41,095 nt of DNA, taken from the NCBI GenBank assembly GCA_903927905.1, contig CAIYOY010000020.1, positions 1 through 41,095 of the forward strand. Reading direction: 5' to 3'. The notes under the pieces were generated by a model. That model had not been told where the DNA came from. It saw nothing but the letters and a program-made list of their open reading frames with translations, and made no database searches. This document shows positions 38,901 to 41,095 of the stretch, piece by piece. The number at the start of each line of letters is the position of its first letter. The stretch's first letter is position 1. The stretch comes from an uncultured Verrucomicrobiales bacterium (GTDB lineage Bacteria > Verrucomicrobiota > Verrucomicrobiia > Limisphaerales > Palsa-1400). The position numbers were made by a program, and so were the translations under genes.

Positions 38901-40955
38901 ATTCTCACCGCCAATAAAAACGACAACACGTTGAGCATCCTGCCTGGTCGCGGCAACGGCGTCTTCGGCACGGCCATCACCATTACGCTGCCGGGCAATC
39001 CGCAGCCGGTTTATGCTTTGGTTGGCGATTTCAACAACGACAAACGTCCAGACATCGCCGTGGCCAATTACAATTCCAACTCCATCAGCATTCTCCTGTG
39101 CCAAACCAATCACACCTTCGTTCTTTCCACCAATTACCCCGTGGGCATGCAACCCTCGAGCCTGTTGGTGCGCGACATGGATCAAGACGGTTATGTGGAT
39201 ATGGTGACGGCCAATTCCGGCGACAACACTCTATCTTATCTGCGCAATCTTCGTAATGGCAGCTTCACCAATCTCGGCTCCTTCTCCGTCGGTTCCAAGC
39301 CGGTCACGGTGGTCGGCAGTAATTTCAACAATGATCAAGCCACCGACCTCGCTGTGACCTGTTACAATGATAATATCGTTTCTGTGTTGTTGAATGCCGT
39401 GCCGCTCGCTTACGCCGTGGCCGTCACCGTGCCGGAAAATGTTCCGGCCCGCGTCACCCTGGTCGGCACGCTGCAAGGGTCGGGCACCCTTTCTTACGCC
39501 GTGGTGGACCAACCGGCCCATGGCACCTTGAGCGGCACCCCGCCGGTGTTGACCTACACGCCGAATCTCAATTACCTCGGCAACGACGTCTTCCACTTTT
39601 CAACCAGCAACGGCTCGGCCGTTTCGGCCCCGGGCACTGTGACGTTGACTGTCCTGGGCATCAATCAGGCGCCCACGTTCTCCCTCGCCGCGACCAATAT
39701 CACGGTCATCCAGGACTCCGTGGCCACCAACATCACTTTCTTTGTCACCAACATTGTGGCCGGTCCGATCAACGAAGCCACTCAGACCGTGACCTTTGTG
39801 GTCACGACCACCAACAAGACCCAGTTCACCAACCAGCCGGTCATCGGCAAAACCGGCACGCTCGCCTTTAAGGTTGCGAACGCCGCGATCGGCGTGGCCA
39901 CGATCAACGTCTATGCCCAGGACAACGGCGGCACCTTGTTTGGCGGCACCAATCGTTCGCCCATCCAGACTTTTACCGTCACCATCACGCCCAATCCGAT
40001 GCGTTCCCGCAGCGGCACTTACAATGGGCTTTTCTATAATGAAACCAATATCGGCGAAGCCAGTTCCGGTTACTTTTCGGCCACCGTCACCGGTCCGGGC
40101 ACTTACAGCGGAAAAGTGCTTTGCGATGGCCGCTCCAACGTCATCGCCGGCAAATTCGATGTCACGGGTTACTTCCAGACTAATCTCGTTCGCACCGGCA
40201 AGCCGACTATCACCATGGCCATGACGTGTGATGGCAACGACCAGATCACCGGGACTTTGGCGACCACTAATTGGTCTGCCTCACTGATCGCGGATCGCCT
40301 GGTTTTTAATGCCACGACCAATCCGGCTCCGAAAGCGGGTCATTATACTTTTGTTTTGCCGGTGACCGGCGCGGCGGCCACTAACGGGGTTGGTTATGGC
40401 TTGGCCACGATTGCCACAAGCGGGACGGTGACCGCCAGCGGCACCTTGAGCGATGGCACGGCTTACAGCCAGTCCACCACCATCTCCAAGAATGGCGAAT
40501 GGCCCTTTTACCTGCCGCTATACAGTGGCGCGGGCTCGCTCATCAGTTGGGTGAACTTCACCAATCGTCCGGCTTCGAGTCTTGAGGGCGCGGCGGTCTG
40601 GATGCGCACGAATAGATTCACCAACGCGATTATTTTGACTGGTTCCAGTTATGTGAAGCCGCTGACTGGTTTTCGCGCTCTGGACGTGACCAACGGCAAC
40701 GCCATCTTCGGTGTCGGTGCTCTCATCACCAACACCATCACGCTGAAGACCAACAACACGATTACTGTCACCGGCGGTACCAATCGCCTCGCGCTCGCCA
40801 TCAACACCACTAATGGCGCGATCACCGGCACCTTCCTGAATCCGACGACCCACGTCAGTACCGCGATCAAGGCCGTCCTTCTGCAACAGACCCGCGAAGC
40901 TGCGGGTTTCACCGGCGGCACGAACACCACCAACTTCAAGATTGAACCGCAATAA
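20901..40955 (+). CDS. Giant (6,684-codon ORF; ~6,950 aa with the N-terminal fragment) secreted multi-repeat adhesin-like protein. Beta-helix-like N-x-T-rich repeats, 13 MBG-like domains, cadherin/He_PIG-like and Ig-like modules, two GloVer-repeat blocks, an FG-GAP/VCBS-like block and a unique C-terminal domain.
   Basis: A single uninterrupted frame of 20 kb with strong protein-level periodicity (described in the findings). The first ATG of this frame is at 20901, but the real N-terminus is the upstream frameshifted ORF. Confidence 0.85.
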   Translation: MLAISPCNGVLDLQTFTATRPTGGTAGGTVSVLAGATLRIGGTNSEPTNFKTYTYNAASTVEYYGDNQSVSNATYGNLIFSSSTVSVKTMPAAAITVAGNFTSQVGVGTGVSFVAGAAITVTGSVSIGAGTTFDGGSFAHSVTGNWTNNGTFTGNASTVSLKGASATITGTGTNNFVNLTIATGANVTVATNTSLTLSGTLTTTTTGTFTHTAGGTGTVTMSGTAKAITGTGMVFNNLNLPGTITTANGWTVAGNLTVSGSLTASAGTIILSGTGATFTGGGVTSFKNLTVSGTVTATNSFTIAGAALNISGALTATAGTATFTGTSTNSGTANLFNVTINGTKLLMSANSTLGIAGTETLTAGTLDTATATPNTVNYNSTGAQTVLAGAYYHLTVSNGGTKTAGGAVTNNGDFTIGTGTTYNASSFTNQLSGNWINNGSYSAGTGTVQLLGSADVAITGATTFNILTENKATANNVVTLNNNVSVGTLNMTLGQMQTGPNTLTITSTRTGGGTILGTITRAHAFSTATAYAFEGTNSTVTFTTISGSVSSVTMAVGVGTVADFPFGGAINRQYTNSLTASGAYVATLRLHYNDSELNGNVETNMQFWRNSSSWAQSGKTSTNSTDNWIEQTNLTDLTGRWTMSDDANVVQWNGSVSSAWENATNWTAIQGVPSRPPTSAEAVQIGTSNFVNQPTINSAASVKSIQFGSAQAATLTVNSGSLTTAGNISGVWTNTVTHAINIGATTLTVGGNLALSDGTTGDAINLNASSGTVTVTGSVTESGGANLAFTGAGALNVAGDFVYGSGTFTPGSSTVTYNGSGSQIVAGGITYNNLSLNKASGAATLGSTATVNGNLNMATGGSLLLNGALTVASNVVVGTGTTLNCGSVTLSVGGNWTNSGTFTAGTSTAVLNGTGAQSVPGVTFNNLTINKTSGTATLAGNATMNGDLNISAGTLDLGSFTANRGAAGGTLTLGANTTLNVAASFPANYSTHSLAANSLVFYNGAAAQTVSAEAYGNLSLANGGASAKTLAGTASIAGDFLINSGATFDASTFALTAQGNWTNNGTFTPTTSSVTLAGSSKTVGGINTFNNLSVTGSYTATTNITVNGTMNNSGTWSAGAATNTFAGDFSNSGTLTSSGTVIFSGTAAQNLTFSSGFTSTGAVNFNGTTAPVLQNVNVNNTGGLAPNTGWTIGGTFVVASGVTFTGGVNSYAFNGSFTNNGTFTSAGTVTFNPAAAVTCALQGTAFTSTGLVIFGGSGAITLSGGGPTFALVTITNNNAAGITPSANWTTTDDLTIAAGAIFNAGTGLTHTVGGDWVNNGTFNAGTSTISFNSATAIGGSATTTFNHLTIASGGAVTNTVNFNISGNFTNNGTFNTFNIAITFNGSSSSVITGSTTPTSFDDVLVAKSAAIVTLGLNLSNTGDLHISGGTVDCTNFTITTTGTCALIVDAGATLKIGGGNTLPTYTTYSFDPAGTVEYSGSSSQAIAAQSYGNLTSSSTGARVLPSSGTVGVAGTFTPGANSYTITGSTVNFNGAGSQTIPAFNYNNLTSSSSGARTLASSGTIGVASVFTPGANSYTVTGSTVSFNGTTQSIPIFTYNNLTANDSGTATLAGNVTVGGALSIASGTLADGGFVAAVNGNVSNAATYSGAGKISLTGGSASHTLSGSGTYNNLELNDANGAALSLTNLTVNGTLTLTTGTITTTTNKVIIPTAGSVSRTNGYVIGNLQKAVASGAGVARTFEVGTTNGYNPVSVTFSNVTVAGNLTAAATFGDHPSIGSATINPTNSANVYWTLSQDAPLAFNSFNAVFNFNNPGDLDAGGNPAVFKVGNFVSSAWNYPVLGNRTTTNTAAVAMASLGDFQLGQNIITTLTVTVNNTNRIYGAANPAFSGSFSGLQSGDNITATYTTTATTNSTVGGYNITPVFSDPGNKLGNYAVTTNLGTLTITPAALTVTINSTNRGYGATNPGFSGTITGLLNNDNITATYTTTATTNSAVGGYSITPVWSDPGSKLGNYAVTTNLGTLTITKVILTGTTDNKSRAYGQTNPVFTVTYSGFVNGENSTIVTGTLSSSTAATTNSPVGNYAVTVFGQTAPNYTMNYVAGTLTVTSSALTVTANGASRGYGATNPAFSGTITGLVNNDNITATYTTTATTNSATGSYNISPVFSDPGSKLGNYTVTTNLGTLTITNAPLTVTVNNTIRGYGATNPVFTGTITGLQNNDNITATYATTATTNSAVGGYGITVTLSDPGSKLGNYTVTTNLGTLTITNVALTVTVNNTNRGYGAANPTFTGTITGLQNNDNITATYATTAATNSAAGGYGITVALNDPGSKLGNYTVTTNLGTLTITNVALTVTVNNSSRGYGATNPVFTGTITGLQNNDNITATYATAATTNSAVGGYNITPGLSDPGSKLANYTVTTNLGTLTITNAILTGTADNKSRAYGATNPVFTATYTGFVNGETSAIITGTLNGSSTATTNSSVGNYPVTVSGQSAPNYTINYVSGNLTITNVALTVTVNNSSRGYGAANPTFSGTITGLQNNDSITATYTTTATTNSAVGGYSIAPVLSDPGSKLGNYTVITNLGTLTITNAILTGTADNKSRSYGATNPVFTATYTGFVNGETSAIVTGTLTGSTTAATNSVLGTYPITVSGQSAPNYTINYVAGTLTVTGATLTVTVNNSSRGYGATNPIFSGTIIGLQNNDNITAAYTTAATTNSAVGSYSITPVLSDPGSQLSNYIVTTNLGTLTITNVSLTVTVNSASRGYGATNPVFTGTITGLQNNDTITATYTTTATTNSAVGTYNIAPVLSDPGSKLGNYTVTTNLGALTITNVSLTVTVNSASRGYGATNPVFSGTITGLQNNDNITAAYTTTATTNSPNGNYNITPVFNDPGSKLGDYTVTTNLGTLTITNVAPFLTLPTNQIMDELTTLSVNAVATDLDPSQTFTFVLLAAPTGMTIDPSSGLISWTPDETQGPSTNTVTVAVTDSGTPALSVTNSFTIVVREVNWAPAPINLQLLKSFGTTGTDGQTAEGTPMVGADGLLYATTFEGGIYGGGTIFKINTNGTGYTIIYNFGATGSDGLSPYCALVQGGDGTLYGTTYFGGSANKGTVFKIKPDGTGYTKLHDFGLGSDGANAYAELYIGQDGALYGTTLYGGPFASGVVFKLNTDGSGYTRLHDFGSVANDGSLTYAGLVQGPAGFFYGVTDSGGTNGVGTVFKLNATGSSYQILYSFSTTGGDGQFADVTLTLGNDGVLYSTTYGGGVNGDANSGGTVFKINRDGTGYAKLHDFGGPGEGQLINAGLVKGDNGVLYGGAYVAGAYGDLVSGGTLFKINTDGTGYRLLYSFHTTGNDPQLLNATFVRDSSGAFYGTSEIGGSAGDGALFRFVDLDDQVLNSVSTLSVTAPASDADIPTNTLTYALISGPGGLSMNSSSGLITWTPTHAQDGTTNTVLWQVTDNGSPALGATNNFNVIIQLVNQAPGFNLGGAALTNLEDAGAQTVLNWATNISSGPASESWQTVSFLVTNNNTNLFSTQPAISPTGTLTYTSATNANGTATVTVYAQDNGGTNYGGTNTSASQTFTITVTPVNDPPTLDAISNVSINEDAGLQTISLTGITAGPTNEVQNLTITASSSNPALIPTPGVSYISPNTTGALTFTPTIYTIGSSVITVVVSDNGGTANGGVNAVTNTFTVTVNAVNHVPSFTGGGNVFSAVTNVAQTFPNWATNISPGLPANESGQMVNFLVSINYVVDNDFTPHASSYLFSTLPAIDAGGNLTFTPTGNAGLANISVRIHDDGGTSNGGVDTSAAQTFNLGVGSTGFTPATGGEAISVDDFATGHWTFLSGPTYYEGSSGIISAGTIVLIPPPGFEFDTNTIYNGTNSPAQVVITDTVSPTVNSTNINGATNGQAFPLSMTSTSATFTITSASINGALDSIVAQNFRIRPTTTNLVSGYIYFTGTSSTNLIASGPTGTDFGDLSTVPGAPYQLAFQTQPSATATAGIAFDQQPVVLVQDQFGNTVTNANTNFVTLSRFPFAANSALQGDTNATAVAGVVDFTGQGLFFSTNGTCQLSADSAGLVSALSSNITTYAAAGVALVIQTQPSATAAAGVAFAQQPVIAVVDSFGNVTTTNTTTVVTVSRNTASGTTNLQGTTNITVVNGIATFTDLNYQLPETIQIDFTATSLTTTTSTSIAVSPGAASRLVFMQQPALETNGAVFTTQPVVKTLDAFGNLTTNVASSVPVTISLASGSGTLSGTTTLDIGSTAGSGVVSFTGLKITNTNVTDATESLAVSASGLTGATSTVFTIVATNRAPVFAGWSALDVERIRSFGAPALQGNLPFANLIVGSDGRLYGAAQLGGINGDGTLFSFQPDGTGFQVLHSFVESDGENPYGAVCEGNDGVLYGTTYNGGANDSGTIFKMNKDGSGFAVLYSFGDGSDGGNPQAALIQGADGVLYGTTSLGGISDMGTLFKINTDGSHYAVLHTFNATHGEGRYPKAALFQAADGLLYGTTERGGNNNLGAVFKMSPSGSGYTVLHHFTGASGKFPDAPLIQGTNGLLYGTTYFGGSSDVGAVFSLTTNGVESVVYNFVPVSGENNPAAGLVFGQDGALYGTTYYGGDNAHGLVFRVTTNGSFSQLYSFTGTSGDGQNPNASLARAADGTLFGTTLYGGSSGLGTIFTIDPSLSYHALLSLQSSDSTQSQSPDGALVEGPDGTLYGSTFYGGSENAGVLYKMSKDGAAYTVLHDFKPSTGDGRNPYYALKFGLDGLLYGTTDRGGTNDSGLLFKISTNGSSYVKLHDFGASGDGVTLYSTPIQSASGKLFGVTDSGGVNGSGTLYAINPDGTGYIILHSFGGAGDGANSDGRLLLAGDGLIYGTTLFGGANSEGTVFTIATNGSSYQVLYSFGNGPTDGQQPFAGLIEGLDGSLYGAGTFGGTDGAGTLFKINKDGSSYTTLHNFSLSSGDGAQPYADLTFGTDGLIYGTTYYGGAFGFGTIFRSSANGVYSLLYSFGAGANDGEFPFVQLTQASDGNYYGVTESGGDLGLGTAFRLRSFTNDLTINELSTLSMTINATDADGPGANLTFALLSAPVGMSIDPTSGIITWTPSEAQGPSTNIFNVVVTDNDFTPSLSVTNSYTNIVNEVNAAPRLIVPANQTVSEAVTMTVTNLAIDSDLPTNTLTFALISGPSGLTLDSASGVITWTPSLSQAPSTNTVVVSLTDYNAAALTNNILSVTNSFTITVGLVNHAPSFTKGSNVAVDQKSGSYSQTGWATAISPGPANESSQTVSFIVTNNNAGLFTIQPAVASNGTLAFTPNATQTGTATVTVYAQDNGGTANGGTNASAAQTFTIVVGQASLSVAAGGTAISADTAGVTWTPLSGPVYQEGGSGNVGAGAITLNAPTGFAFDTTSPVPTVIMHRTAGSGASSLNINGAADGTALTLSSVSSSQLQLTITQPSASGVVCSLTWQNVRVRPTVGTPLASGNITSSGTAAIYKITNGVSNFGSLKEISGIAAQVGISTQPSGTATAAVPFAQQPVVTIQDQFGNVLNTANGRADNSSSVTAGIQTGSSSLQGTTTVSVSNGVATFSNLSYNIAQTITLSFHSASLTPAVSSAINIMAGSAYQIGFAQQPVNTTAGATNPISVQVRDLYGNSVTSAGVSITLSLQSGAGPLGGTLTQLTDASGLATFTNVTLKVVGTKQLLATNSSLGSVLSSSFVVSAAPAVRLVFVQQPGTETAGVLFQSHPSVQTLDAYGNVSTSGLPSSINVSLFVVGTGVLSGTTNVDIGTGAGKGLATFTNLTINLGGAKQLGASASGLTGAASSSFTVNTSLSILQPHTDYSVGRGPTGMYLGNLRGKSTWRDMAVANYLDGTITVRLCNDDGTFASAATYAVGPNPMGVWSGNFYHTTCEDIVVANSGTNTITLLLNLGHGTFWNPRSFRVGSTPNPGPVALIGAYLRSSTPDLVVANQNENTVSVLLNTGGVFGAPVNYPVGSGPSSIVVADLNGDGIPDILTANKNDNTLSILPGRGNGVFGTAITITLPGNPQPVYALVGDFNNDKRPDIAVANYNSNSISILLCQTNHTFVLSTNYPVGMQPSSLLVRDMDQDGYVDMVTANSGDNTLSYLRNLRNGSFTNLGSFSVGSKPVTVVGSNFNNDQATDLAVTCYNDNIVSVLLNAVPLAYAVAVTVPENVPARVTLVGTLQGSGTLSYAVVDQPAHGTLSGTPPVLTYTPNLNYLGNDVFHFSTSNGSAVSAPGTVTLTVLGINQAPTFSLAATNITVIQDSVATNITFFVTNIVAGPINEATQTVTFVVTTTNKTQFTNQPVIGKTGTLAFKVANAAIGVATINVYAQDNGGTLFGGTNRSPIQTFTVTITPNPMRSRSGTYNGLFYNETNIGEASSGYFSATVTGPGTYSGKVLCDGRSNVIAGKFDVTGYFQTNLVRTGKPTITMAMTCDGNDQITGTLATTNWSASLIADRLVFNATTNPAPKAGHYTFVLPVTGAAATNGVGYGLATIATSGTVTASGTLSDGTAYSQSTTISKNGEWPFYLPLYSGAGSLISWVNFTNRPASSLEGAAVWMRTNRFTNAIILTGSSYVKPLTGFRALDVTNGNAIFGVGALITNTITLKTNNTITVTGGTNRLALAINTTNGAITGTFLNPTTHVSTAIKAVLLQQTREAAGFTGGTNTTNFKIEPQ
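26500..29630 (+). repeat. Tandem array of 13 MBG-like (Y-G / YDG-type) ~80-aa domains, ~240-bp DNA units with high nucleotide identity
   Basis: Unit consensus LTVTVNN(T/S)(N/S)RGYGATNPVF(T/S)GTITGLQNNDNITATY(A/T)TTATTNSAVGGY.I.P.LSDPGSKLGNYTVTTNLGTLTITN, with alternating variant units (T(A/T)DNKSR(A/S)YG...TGFVNGE(T/N)S...). Adjacent units share identical runs of more than 60 nt, for example around 27525 and 27765. Confidence 0.8.
29930..31060 (+). repeat. GloVer-type (Gloeo_Verruco) repeat block 1, ~8 repeats of ~47 aa; likely beta-propeller
   Basis: Repeats of the form DG.NPYA.L..G.DG.LYGTT..GG..G.GT(V/I)FK(I/L)N.DG(T/S)GYT.LH.F. Examples: ADGLLYATTFEGGIYGGGTIFKINTNGTGYTIIYNF and GDGTLYGTTYFGGSANKGTVFKIKPDGTGYTKLHDFG. 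Confidence 0.7.
33820..36050 (+). repeat. GloVer-type repeat block 2, ~16 repeats; second propeller module(s)
   Basis: Same consensus as block 1: ...GNDGVLYGTTYNGGANDSGTIFKMNKDGSGFAVLYSFG..., GADGVLYGTTSLGGISDMGTLFKINTDGSHYAVLHTF, and so on, through ...GLGTAFRLRSFTNDL. Confidence 0.7.
38370..39400 (+). repeat. FG-GAP / VCBS-like repeat block (~7 repeats), integrin-alpha-type beta-propeller
   Basis: Repeats with hydrophobic-VAN-x-x-(D/N)NT(I/L)S(V/I)LLN and DxNGDGxxD motifs. Examples: VADLNGDGIPDILTANKNDNTLSILPGRGNGVFG and VGDFNNDKRPDIAVANYNSNSISILL. Confidence 0.55.
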
Positions 40956-41095
40956 CAGGCAGGCAGTAGGGGGTGATTGAAGTTAAATTTCAGCATTGAT
41001 CTCGCACAAGAGAAAGCGCCAGAGGACTGGGCGCAGTCCAAGACGCTTCGCGTTTTATGGGGCGCATTATTTTGGCGCCAGCTTTTGGACTGCGC

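Noticed and set aside
40990-41095. Rho-independent terminator after the giant gene
   Set aside because: Only weak 5-bp GC stems (gcgcc…ggcgc at ~41003-41027 and ggcgc…gcgcc at ~41061-41079) with poor T-tracts. The window ends shortly after, so I cannot call it.
1-41095. CRISPR arrays, rRNA genes, integrase/transposase genes, prophage segments
   Set aside because: I found no spacer-repeat periodicity outside the protein-coding tandem repeats, no rRNA-like conserved blocks, and no recombinase-like ORFs.

Overview
High-GC (~60%) bacterial chromosomal segment that looks Verrucomicrobia-like, judging from the GloVer-type repeats and the giant secreted protein. The left half (1-19.8 kb) holds ordinary housekeeping and accessory genes. 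These are an NfeD-flotillin pair, a MazF/DUF2281-type toxin-antitoxin pair, a SorAB-like sulfite dehydrogenase operon (Tat-exported molybdopterin subunit plus c-type cytochrome), a VWA-domain membrane protein, a transglutaminase-like protein and a CBS-domain family-II pyrophosphatase. Further genes are a TrhO-RluA two-domain tRNA-modification gene, an SGNH hydrolase, a lower-GC islet with a DUF3800-like gene, a heat-shock cluster (small Cys-rich membrane protein, Hsp20, Lon, LolA-like secreted protein) and an SRAP/YedK peptidase. The right half (20.0-41.0 kb) is one giant gene of about 20.9 kb and 6,950 codons. It encodes a secreted multi-repeat protein: signal peptide, an N-x-T-rich beta-helix-like region, 13 near-identical tandem MBG-like domains, cadherin/He_PIG-like and Ig-like modules, two GloVer-repeat blocks, an FG-GAP/VCBS-like block and a C-terminal domain I could not recognise. 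A 1-nt frameshift near 20.9 kb separates the signal-peptide-bearing N-terminus from the main ORF. A 270-bp nested inverted-repeat (MITE-like) element sits between the pyrophosphatase gene and the TrhO-RluA gene. I found no rRNA, tRNA or CRISPR array.
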